Shown one piece after another: positions 57,179 to 64,000 of a DNA stretch of 64,000 nucleotides. The notes under the pieces were generated by a model, which worked only from the letters and a program-made list of their open reading frames with translations, had not been told where the DNA came from and ran no database searches. Source of the DNA: Candidatus Peribacteraceae bacterium (lineage in GTDB: Bacteria > Patescibacteriota > Gracilibacteria > Peribacterales > Peribacteraceae). The stretch covers positions 15,455-79,454 of the forward strand of contig JAQVMB010000001.1 in assembly GCA_028703835.1 (NCBI GenBank), in the 5' to 3' direction. Every line of letters begins with the position of its first letter. Position 1 is the stretch's first letter. Made by a program: the position numbers and the translations under genes.

Positions 57179-59617
57179 TCAGGATCGGCTGTTTCCGCCG
57201 TTCGCCGGGGGCTGATCCTTCCGCAGATTCGGCGCTTCCACCACGAACACGACGTTGTCGTCGTTCGGTTTCTTCTCGGGCGCGGCCGGCTCCGGCGTTG
57301 TCTGCGGCACGGAAGGAGCGGGTGCGGTCACGGGGGTTTGATCCGTTGTTTCGGTGTTTGTGCTTTCCTTTTCGACACCTTCGGTGTCGGCAACAGGCGG
57401 GAACGCCTGTTGCTCGGACGGGGCTTCCTGTTTGAGTGGGACTGCCGGGGAAGGAGGAGGCGCAGCGACGGGGCTTGCGCTTTCCTTTTCGGCTCCTTCG
57501 GAGCCGGCAACGGGCGGGAACGCCCGTTGCTCAGGGGTTTGCGATGGTGACGGGGCTACGGTTTCAGATTGTTTGCGTTTCTTCAGGTTCTCGCGGTAGC
57601 GCTTGCGCTTGATGCGGCGGCGCTCGCGTTCCTTCTCGGCGCGGGCCTGTTCTTCGGGCGAGGGTTGTGGCGGTGCGGAGGGTGTCGCGGCGGGGCTTTC
57701 GTTTTTCTTTCCGACGTCAACGGCTTCGGCAGTGGGAGGGAGGTTATTCATGCTTGTCCGTTGGTCTGTTCCTTCCTTTTCGACGCCTGCGGCGTCGGCA
57801 GCAGGCGGGAACGCCTGCTGCTGGGACGACGGGGCCTCCTGCTTGAGCAGGGCTTCGGGAGCAGGGGGAAATTCAGCGACGGGGCTTTCGTGTTCCTTTT
57901 CCGGCGCGGGCGGTTCCGTGAAGAGCGGCGGCGGCGCGGGTTCGGGCGTCGCGGGAACGGGCGGTGCGGGCGTCGTGTCCGGAACGGAAGGAGCGGGTTC
58001 CTCCGGCGGGAAGAGGGGAGGGAATGCTTCCGGAGGAGGTTCGGGCGACGGCATCGGTGGGGGCGGAGCGGCCGGGGATTCCTCCTGCGCGGGAACAGCG
58101 GGAGCTTCCCGTTCGGTTTCCGGCGTTGGAGGCGTCGGTTCGGCGGGCGTATCGGCGGCATCCAATCCCTTCTTCAGCCATGCGGGCGCCTCGTCCAAAT
58201 CCACCGGCGGTTCCGGCGGAGGGGCGGGAGGCTCGGGCGGGGGCGCGGGTTCCGGAGGTGTCTCCTCTTCCCGTTCCGGCTCCTGCGCGACGGGCGCTTC
58301 CGGCGCGGGCGCTGAGCGGCGGATTTCCATCGGCGGCGCGATATCGATGGCTCCTTCCTTGCCGTTCCGCACGATTTTCGTTTCCATTTCTTCCAGCGTG
58401 CGCTGGAGGCCGCCGCCCTGCGACGTCAGGCGCGAGAGCAGCCGGACGCCCAGCGCGCCCAGGACGACGACGCCTGCGAGGAGTATGGCGATCGTGAGGT
58501 AGGCTACCCAGCGCCCGCCGATGCCGCGGCTCCCGCCGGAAATGCCGCCGGGCGCGCTCGAGGAGGCGGGGGCGGCCGACGATGCGGAGGACGTTTCCGT
58601 TCCGGGGACGTAGGCTTCCACGGCGAGGGAGCGGGTCGATTGGAACGTCACTTGGCCGTTGCGGAGGTCGCGGACCGTCACGGTGACGTCGTACGTCCCG
58701 CTGCGCGCGTAGAGATGCGTGGGTTCCGTCCGCAGGCTTTCCGTCCCGTCGCCGAAGGACCAGTGGAACAGCAGCGGCATGTCGGAGGGTTGTCCTGCGA
58801 GCGGGAGGGAGAAGCGGATGGCGCCGTCGGGCTGCGCCTGCGCGATGACGGGGCTCGCGGGTTCGGGCGGGATGTCCGAGGCCCCTTCGGGGATGACGGT
58901 GAGCGTTTGCGATGCGGACGTTCCGTCGCCGAGGATCTCGACGAGACGCATCTCGCGCGCCGCGTCGGGCGCGGAGAACCACAGGAAGAGGGGCGTTCCT
59001 GTCGTTGTGAAGAACGTGCCCGCACCCTGATCGTCGTTCGCGGGATCACCGTCGTCGTTCGCGTCGGTGCGTGCGTCGAGATCCAGGTAGCGTTGCGCGC
59101 CGATGCCGCGGAGGGGGAGCAGCCGCAGCACCTGCCGGTCCGGCGGGAGCAGGATGCGGCCTCCCGAGAGCGGAGGATCCGTCGCCACGATGCCGTCCTC
59201 CCCCGCATTCTCCGTCTCTCCTTCCGCAGGATCGCGCGGCAGGACGTTCAGGAAGATCGTGCGTCGTTGGAGCATGCCGTTGCCCAAGGCGGAAGCGTCG
59301 AGCCGGTACGTGCCTTCCTCCACGATACGTACGCGGAAGACTTGCGCCCGTCCCGCCTGGATGAAGGTGCGGTCGCGCGAAAGCACCCATGTGAACTGTG
59401 CCGTCGGATCGTCATGTACGCCGAGAAGCTCGACGATGTCCCCGGTCCGGACGGTCACGTCTTCGGTCGGGATGTCGTTCCGCGGAGGCCCGACCTGTGC
59501 GATCACCGACGCCGCTCCCGCCACGGAGAGCGCCGTGAGGATGACGAACGAGAGCATAACGATGCCCTGCAAAACGAGGGAGGGGAGCCGGAAGGGGCGG
59601 ATGGTGGGAGAGGCCAC
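57179..59617 (-). CDS. Large membrane protein with a PKD domain, a central TM helix and a Pro-rich repetitive tail
   Basis: PKD signature FHWSFGDGTESLRTEPTHLYARSGTYDVTVTVRD. TM helix WVAYLTIAILLAGVVVLGALGV. Tail has PEPP runs and three QQAFPP(V/A)A..G(V/A)EKE repeats. GTG start. Confidence 0.75.
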   Translation of the reverse strand: MASPTIRPFRLPSLVLQGIVMLSFVILTALSVAGAASVIAQVGPPRNDIPTEDVTVRTGDIVELLGVHDDPTAQFTWVLSRDRTFIQAGRAQVFRVRIVEEGTYRLDASALGNGMLQRRTIFLNVLPRDPAEGETENAGEDGIVATDPPLSGGRILLPPDRQVLRLLPLRGIGAQRYLDLDARTDANDDGDPANDDQGAGTFFTTTGTPLFLWFSAPDAAREMRLVEILGDGTSASQTLTVIPEGASDIPPEPASPVIAQAQPDGAIRFSLPLAGQPSDMPLLFHWSFGDGTESLRTEPTHLYARSGTYDVTVTVRDLRNGQVTFQSTRSLAVEAYVPGTETSSASSAAPASSSAPGGISGGSRGIGGRWVAYLTIAILLAGVVVLGALGVRLLSRLTSQGGGLQRTLEEMETKIVRNGKEGAIDIAPPMEIRRSAPAPEAPVAQEPEREEETPPEPAPPPEPPAPPPEPPVDLDEAPAWLKKGLDAADTPAEPTPPTPETEREAPAVPAQEESPAAPPPPMPSPEPPPEAFPPLFPPEEPAPSVPDTTPAPPVPATPEPAPPPLFTEPPAPEKEHESPVAEFPPAPEALLKQEAPSSQQQAFPPAADAAGVEKEGTDQRTSMNNLPPTAEAVDVGKKNESPAATPSAPPQPSPEEQARAEKERERRRIKRKRYRENLKKRKQSETVAPSPSQTPEQRAFPPVAGSEGAEKESASPVAAPPPSPAVPLKQEAPSEQQAFPPVADTEGVEKESTNTETTDQTPVTAPAPSVPQTTPEPAAPEKKPNDDNVVFVVEAPNLRKDQPPANGGNSRS
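57373..57821. repeat. Three copies of a double-hairpin unit inside the coding tail
   Basis: Copies at 57373-57413, 57490-57530 and 57781-57821. Each has a 7-bp stem with a 3-nt loop, then a 10-bp stem with a GGAA loop. Compensatory base changes occur between copies. Confidence 0.8.
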
Positions 59618-59628
59618 GGAAGCGGGAA

Positions 59629-59988
59629 TCAGAAGAAGTCGATGACCGTATTCACGACGAGCGCCGCGAGGGCGATGACCACGATACCGACGATCGCATA
59701 GATGATGCCTTTCTTTGCCGATTCTTTCGCACTGTCATCCCCTTGGGAAATGATGAGACGGATACCCGCCACGATGAAGGCGATCACCGCGAGGAGCGCG
59801 ACGAAGCTGAGGACGAAATTGATGACTTTGACGAGGGCGCCCTTGATGTCACCGGTGCCGGTCGGGACATTGATGCCGGACGTGTCGCCCAGATCGCCCG
59901 CCGCAAGCGCGACCGAAGGGGAAACGGATGCGAGGAGCGCCCAAGCGGCGATACACGCTGTACGATAACGGGAAACGAGGCGGTTCAT
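59629..59988 (-). CDS. T4SS-pilin-like (TrbC/VirB2-type) small membrane protein
   Basis: Signal peptide, then two long hydrophobic helices separated by SQGDDSAKESAKKG. 119 aa. Lies directly upstream of the PKD protein. Confidence 0.6.
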   Translation of the reverse strand: MNRLVSRYRTACIAAWALLASVSPSVALAAGDLGDTSGINVPTGTGDIKGALVKVINFVLSFVALLAVIAFIVAGIRLIISQGDDSAKESAKKGIIYAIVGIVVIALAALVVNTVIDFF

Positions 59989-60147
59989 ACGGCGGAGTGG
60001 TATGGATGTTATTGCATTTATTGTAGCATGAACCGCATTATTTGTCCACGGGTGAGACGATGGGAGAAATGGCTTCCCGCTGAGGAATGCGGACGTTCCC
60101 GTGCGGGCCGGGCATGCCGCCATCCTGCAGTTTGATAGGATGGACGC

Positions 60148-61143
60148 ATGAGACCCGTCACCCCCGCCGCGCTTCTCCGGCAAGCCGGGAGCGCCGTGCT
60201 CCTCGTCACCGACCTCGTGAACATCCGCTACCTCAGCGGCGTGGCGGTGAGCACGGGTGCCATGCTCGTGACGCCGCGGCGCTTCCTGCTCTTCGTGGAC
60301 GACCGGTACGGCCATCGCGCGGAGCAGACGGCGTTGCCCGGCGTGGCGGTGCGCGACCGTGATGAGATCGCGCAATTCTTGCGCGGGGAGCCGGAATGCG
60401 GCTTCGAGGCGGACAAGGTGAGCGTGGCGCGGAAGAGCGGGTGGAAGCGGGCATACCCGCGGACGAAATTCGTGCGGACCATCGGCGCCGTGGAAGCGTT
60501 CCGTCGTCAGAAGGATGAGGGGGAAATCCGGCTGCTCAAGCGCGCGCAGCGGATCACGAAGGAGATCCTGCGGCGGATTCCCGCCGCTCTGCGTGCGGAT
60601 ACCACGGAGGAGCGTCTCGCGCGGCAGCTGCAGATTTGGGCGCTGGAACTCGGCGCCGACGGATTGTCCTTCGATCCCATCGTGGCGTTCGGGACGAACA
60701 CGGGCAATCCTCACCACATGCCGTCGTCCCGCGCGCTGAAGAAGGGGCATCTGGTCCAGGTGGACGTGGGCGCGAAGGTGCGCGGCTATTGCGCCGACAT
60801 GAGCCGCGTCTTTTTTACCGCGACGCCGACGCCGCAACAGCAGATGGTCTACGAAGCGCTGCTTGCCACGCAACGGAAAGCGACGGCTGCGGCGAAGGCG
60901 GGGGTGACCAACCATGCGCTGGATGCAATCGCGCGGAAGGTGCTTGCCGCGAACAAATTGGACGGCGCATTCACGCACGCACTCGGTCACGGCGTGGGCC
61001 TCGACATCCACGAGGGCATCGTCCTCTCCGGCAAGCGCGAGAAGATGCCGCTGCTCTCCGGCGAAGTCGTCACCGTCGAACCGGGAGTGTATTTTGCGGG
61101 GAAATTCGGGATGAGGATCGAAGACATGGTTTTTGTGGAGTGA
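60148..61143 (+). CDS. M24-family Xaa-Pro aminopeptidase
   Basis: Metal-binding motifs [34 protein letters not shown] and RIEDMV. Confidence 0.85.
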   Translation: MRPVTPAALLRQAGSAVLLVTDLVNIRYLSGVAVSTGAMLVTPRRFLLFVDDRYGHRAEQTALPGVAVRDRDEIAQFLRGEPECGFEADKVSVARKSGWKRAYPRTKFVRTIGAVEAFRRQKDEGEIRLLKRAQRITKEILRRIPAALRADTTEERLARQLQIWALELGADGLSFDPIVAFGTNTGNPHHMPSSRALKKGHLVQVDVGAKVRGYCADMSRVFFTATPTPQQQMVYEALLATQRKATAAAKAGVTNHALDAIARKVLAANKLDGAFTHALGHGVGLDIHEGIVLSGKREKMPLLSGEVVTVEPGVYFAGKFGMRIEDMVFVE

Positions 61144-61148
61144 GTCGG

Positions 61149-61183
61149 GCGTGTCATGGTGAGCTCGTCGAACCATGGCACGC
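61149..61183 (+). repeat. GTCAnnnnGAG...TCGAnnnnTGGC hairpin (third copy)
   Basis: GCGTGTCATGGT GAGCTCG TCGA ACCATGGCACGC. Confidence 0.6.
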
Positions 61184-61216
61184 GTGTCGCGTTTCGACGC
61201 GGCTCAACGTGACACG

Positions 61217-62881
61217 CTAATACACCTCCTTCAAATAACAACTATCACAGAAGACAATTTCCGGCCTCTCCGGCGCATACGTCGTCTGAATATCCTTCGC
61301 GCATTTCATACACTTCCTTTGCCAGAGTTTTCGGGGATTACGCAGGTCGAAACGGTCCATGCGGCGACAGTCGAAACAACGGCGGGGGAGGGGAATGGAT
61401 CGTGTCCGATAGAAGTCCAATTCCTGCGCGATGACCTTGTAGTTCCGTCGGCATTTTTCGCAGCGGAGAATTTTGTCCGTCACGTCGTCGGAGACGTCCC
61501 GGATACGGTCCGGGATGGCATCGAGCGTCTCCTTGCCTTCCGTTCTCGGCAGGTTGTCTTCCCACGGCCACCCTTGCCGCACGGCCTCTTCCTTCGTTAC
61601 CGGATACCACCACTGCGCGGTCGATTCATTGAAGCCGCTCGCGCAATGCTGCACGGGGAAGAACTCGCCGTACTCACCGTCGGCTTTCATCTTTGCGATG
61701 ATTTTCGTCCGCAGCGCGTGGTACTCGCTTTCCGTGTACTGCTTGTTGAGGATGCAGAATTTTCCGCGCTGCAGCTGGACGCATCCGAAGCAGTCAGACG
61801 TTCCGCCGAAGCAGTACATGCAGTACCGCAGGCGCGCGGCGTTCTCCATGCAGCAGGAACAGAAAGCCAGGTCGTAACTGCTGTAGCCGACGGACGTGCA
61901 GTCGTAGCAGAGTTCGATGCCGATGCCAAACTGGAAGATGTCACGACAGAAACGCGTTCCCAGCTGCAATTGGGTGCAGAACTTGGAATGTTCGATGTCG
62001 CTGCAATCAAAGCATTGCTTCGCGTCACGGGCGCGGTAGAGATAGTTTCCGAGAGAATCCTCCGTCATCTCCGTCTGGAGACATTTCCAGTGATGTCGGA
62101 GTTGCAGTTCCCGAAACTTCTTCAGTGCTGCCTGCATTTCCTTCCATGACCCGAACTGCACCTCCGCGAGGCGGCGCTTGTAATCCTCCGGCGTCAGCTG
62201 CTCGTTCAGGAAACAGTGTTTCTTGTTCCGCTGCCCCACGCAGAGGAAGCATTCGTGGCAGCCGATGCAGTCGCGGAGGAACCGTCCTTCGGAACAGTTC
62301 TGGCAGTCTTGGCACCACGAGAGGCCGTAGCAGCCCACGACGTCGATGCATTCGTAGCACAGTTCCGATTCGTGGCAGTAGTGCACGTCCATGCAGTTCG
62401 TGCTTTTCTTCACGCCGTAGCCGTAGTAGCAGTCCTCGCAGAGCGAGGTGTGGAACACCAGGTAGCAGTTCTTGCTATGGCCCGTCTGGTGCGTGTAGTC
62501 GCAGTTTTGCAGCACCGTGTCATTCGTCGTACATGCGTACGGCACTGCGAGCTCCAGATCTTGAAACTGCTCAAAGAAGGAACGGTTCGGATCGTACGGG
62601 CGGCCGTATGACAGCGGATTCCATTTGTCGCTCCACCAGCAATCGAGGCAGTACTGATTCTTTGCGCGGGGATTCGTCGGTGCGAACTGCGACATGACAT
62701 TCTTCTTGCAGAGCGTGCATGTGCCCGGGTACAGGTACCGCTCGGTGTACCACGACATCCGCCGCATCTCGCGGCAGGGCGGGCACCAGGTCGGAGGCGG
62801 GACCTGCATCTGTTCGTAGAATGCAAGGTCATCCTGTGTGATCTCGAAGGAAGCCGAACAATGTTTGCAGGAACGCTGCAT
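61217..62881 (-). CDS. Cytoplasmic multi-zinc-ribbon, Cys-rich repeat protein (paralogue 2)
   Basis: Colinear with the 28264-29934 product: [23 protein letters not shown], two Cys-repeat blocks ending [18 protein letters not shown], and [14 protein letters not shown]...[18 protein letters not shown] lies 7 nt upstream of the ATG. Confidence 0.7.
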   Translation of the reverse strand: MQRSCKHCSASFEITQDDLAFYEQMQVPPPTWCPPCREMRRMSWYTERYLYPGTCTLCKKNVMSQFAPTNPRAKNQYCLDCWWSDKWNPLSYGRPYDPNRSFFEQFQDLELAVPYACTTNDTVLQNCDYTHQTGHSKNCYLVFHTSLCEDCYYGYGVKKSTNCMDVHYCHESELCYECIDVVGCYGLSWCQDCQNCSEGRFLRDCIGCHECFLCVGQRNKKHCFLNEQLTPEDYKRRLAEVQFGSWKEMQAALKKFRELQLRHHWKCLQTEMTEDSLGNYLYRARDAKQCFDCSDIEHSKFCTQLQLGTRFCRDIFQFGIGIELCYDCTSVGYSSYDLAFCSCCMENAARLRYCMYCFGGTSDCFGCVQLQRGKFCILNKQYTESEYHALRTKIIAKMKADGEYGEFFPVQHCASGFNESTAQWWYPVTKEEAVRQGWPWEDNLPRTEGKETLDAIPDRIRDVSDDVTDKILRCEKCRRNYKVIAQELDFYRTRSIPLPRRCFDCRRMDRFDLRNPRKLWQRKCMKCAKDIQTTYAPERPEIVFCDSCYLKEVY

Positions 62882-62984
62882 GGCTTGGATTATATTCCCG
62901 GAGCGGAGGTTCGCGAACTTCCGGTGTGCAGGGGAAAATCCCCGCTGGCAAAACATCGAAAAACATGCTACAATAAGCGGAAAC

Positions 62985-64000
62985 ATGCATACACACATCG
63001 CTCGTCGGTTGGTCGGTGCAGTGCTGCTCGCGGCGCTTGCGATTCCGCAGGCGGCGTGGAGCGCTGAGGCCGGAAGTCCTTCCGGGAAGAAGGAGTACAC
63101 GCAGGCGTTCATGATCACCGCGTACTACTCACCGAAGCCGGACCAGTGTTGCTACGTGATGGGATCGTACGAGGCGGACATGGTCCTCAACGGCCGCGGC
63201 ACGAACGGCGCGAGCGGCAAAGAGGTGTATCCCGGCATGGCTGCGGCTCCGTCCGTCTACCCGTTCGGAACGAGGATCAGTCTTCCGGGGATCGGCGTCG
63301 TGACGGTGGAAGACCGCGGCGGCGCCATCCAGACGCTGGAGAGCGGCGAACATCGTTTGGATTTGTGGGTCGGGGAAGGGGAGGAGGGGTTGGCGCGCGC
63401 CCTGGCCTTCGGCGTGCAGCGCATGACCGGCACCGTGTATCCCGTCGGAACGACGCAGCCGGCGGACTCCCTGGACCTCGCCTCTCTCGCGTCGCCCGCA
63501 AACATGCTCAAGCCGTACACGGCTGCGGCGGCGGATCTCCTCGCGATCGAGCCGAAAAAGAATGACAGGACCTATGCCGCGCGCCTGCTGCAGGAAGCGC
63601 TCCGTGATGCGGGATACTTCGATGAGGAGCCCACCGGCTTCTTCGGGCCGCGCACCGAGCAGCGGTTGCGCACGTTCCAGCGCGAGCACGGCCTCATCGA
63701 GGAACCGGCAGACCGCCTGACGCGCCGCACGGCGGCGTACCTGCTTGCGTCCGCGCAGCTGAAAGATCATACGGAGTTGCTGCCCGTGAACGTGGGGCCC
63801 GAGAGTGATCCTTCCCTCGTCCGCGACGCACAGCGCACGCTCCGCTTCCTCGGTTTCTACCGCGGCCGCACGAACGGCGTCTACGACGAGAACCTGCGCA
63901 GCGCGATCTTCGGTTTCCAGAAAGACCAAGAGATCCTTGCCTCGTCCGACCAGAGCGGCGCGGGGCTGGTGGGGCCGCGCACGCGCAGCGCCCTCGTGCA
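62985..64000 (+). CDS. Secreted 3D-domain (MltA/RlpA-like) protein with peptidoglycan-binding repeats; runs off the window
   Basis: This open frame is absent from the ORF track because no stop is reached. Signal MHTHIARRLVGAVLLAALAIPQAAWS. 3D-like YPGMAAAPSVYPFGTRISLPGIGVVTVEDRGGAI. Two PG_binding_1-like repeats (LLQEALRDAGYFDEEPTGFFGPRTEQRLRTFQREHGL; AQRTLRFLGFYRGRTNGVYDENLRSAIFGFQ). Confidence 0.7.
   Translation, partial: MHTHIARRLVGAVLLAALAIPQAAWSAEAGSPSGKKEYTQAFMITAYYSPKPDQCCYVMGSYEADMVLNGRGTNGASGKEVYPGMAAAPSVYPFGTRISLPGIGVVTVEDRGGAIQTLESGEHRLDLWVGEGEEGLARALAFGVQRMTGTVYPVGTTQPADSLDLASLASPANMLKPYTAAAADLLAIEPKKNDRTYAARLLQEALRDAGYFDEEPTGFFGPRTEQRLRTFQREHGLIEEPADRLTRRTAAYLLASAQLKDHTELLPVNVGPESDPSLVRDAQRTLRFLGFYRGRTNGVYDENLRSAIFGFQKDQEILASSDQSGAGLVGPRTRSALV

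Noticed and set aside
59629-61176. 515-aa minus-strand ORF.
   Set aside because: Only the last 119 codons (59629-59988, the pilin-like protein with a signal peptide) look real. The remainder is antisense to the M24 peptidase gene.

Overview
This is a 64-kb stretch of a high-GC (about 60-65% by eye) bacterial chromosome, compact and mostly housekeeping. It carries fusA, ribD, a class II ribonucleotide reductase, ychF, tsf-rpsB, glyQS, a rearranged F1Fo ATP synthase cluster, rpsU, gyrB, hisS and one tRNA-His. There is no rRNA and no CRISPR array. The accessory genes are a VirD4-like ATPase, a T4SS-pilin-like small protein, an SLH-anchored sortase and protease, PrsW, four Cys-rich repeat surface proteins and two Zn-ribbon-rich paralogues. 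This repertoire suggests an uncultivated, possibly Patescibacteria/CPR-like lineage, but that is inference only. Because of the GC content, most long antisense ORFs in the six-frame track are artefacts. All calls come from reading motifs by eye; no searches were run. Items most worth a second look: (1) A DUF559 endonuclease module is carried in-frame in the middle of ribD, and two miniature cargo-less copies of the same hairpin-ended element sit in intergenic DNA. (2) A 3.2-kb low-GC IS1595-family transposon has clear inverted repeats and an 8-bp target duplication. It carries an AAA+ ATPase plus a small-ORF/GNAT pair as cargo. (3) The atp cluster is split by independently promoted Cys-rich surface-protein cassettes. 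One cassette leaves behind a displaced atpB 3-prime fragment that differs from the live copy only at synonymous sites. (4) Several families of structured repeats are present: palindromes whose arms are tandem 7-9-nt words (one array is in-frame inside gyrB), covarying double hairpins inside a coding tail, and GTCA...TCGA hairpins. (5) Translation-start leaders are pyrimidine-rich and lack a Shine-Dalgarno sequence, and several genes look leaderless.
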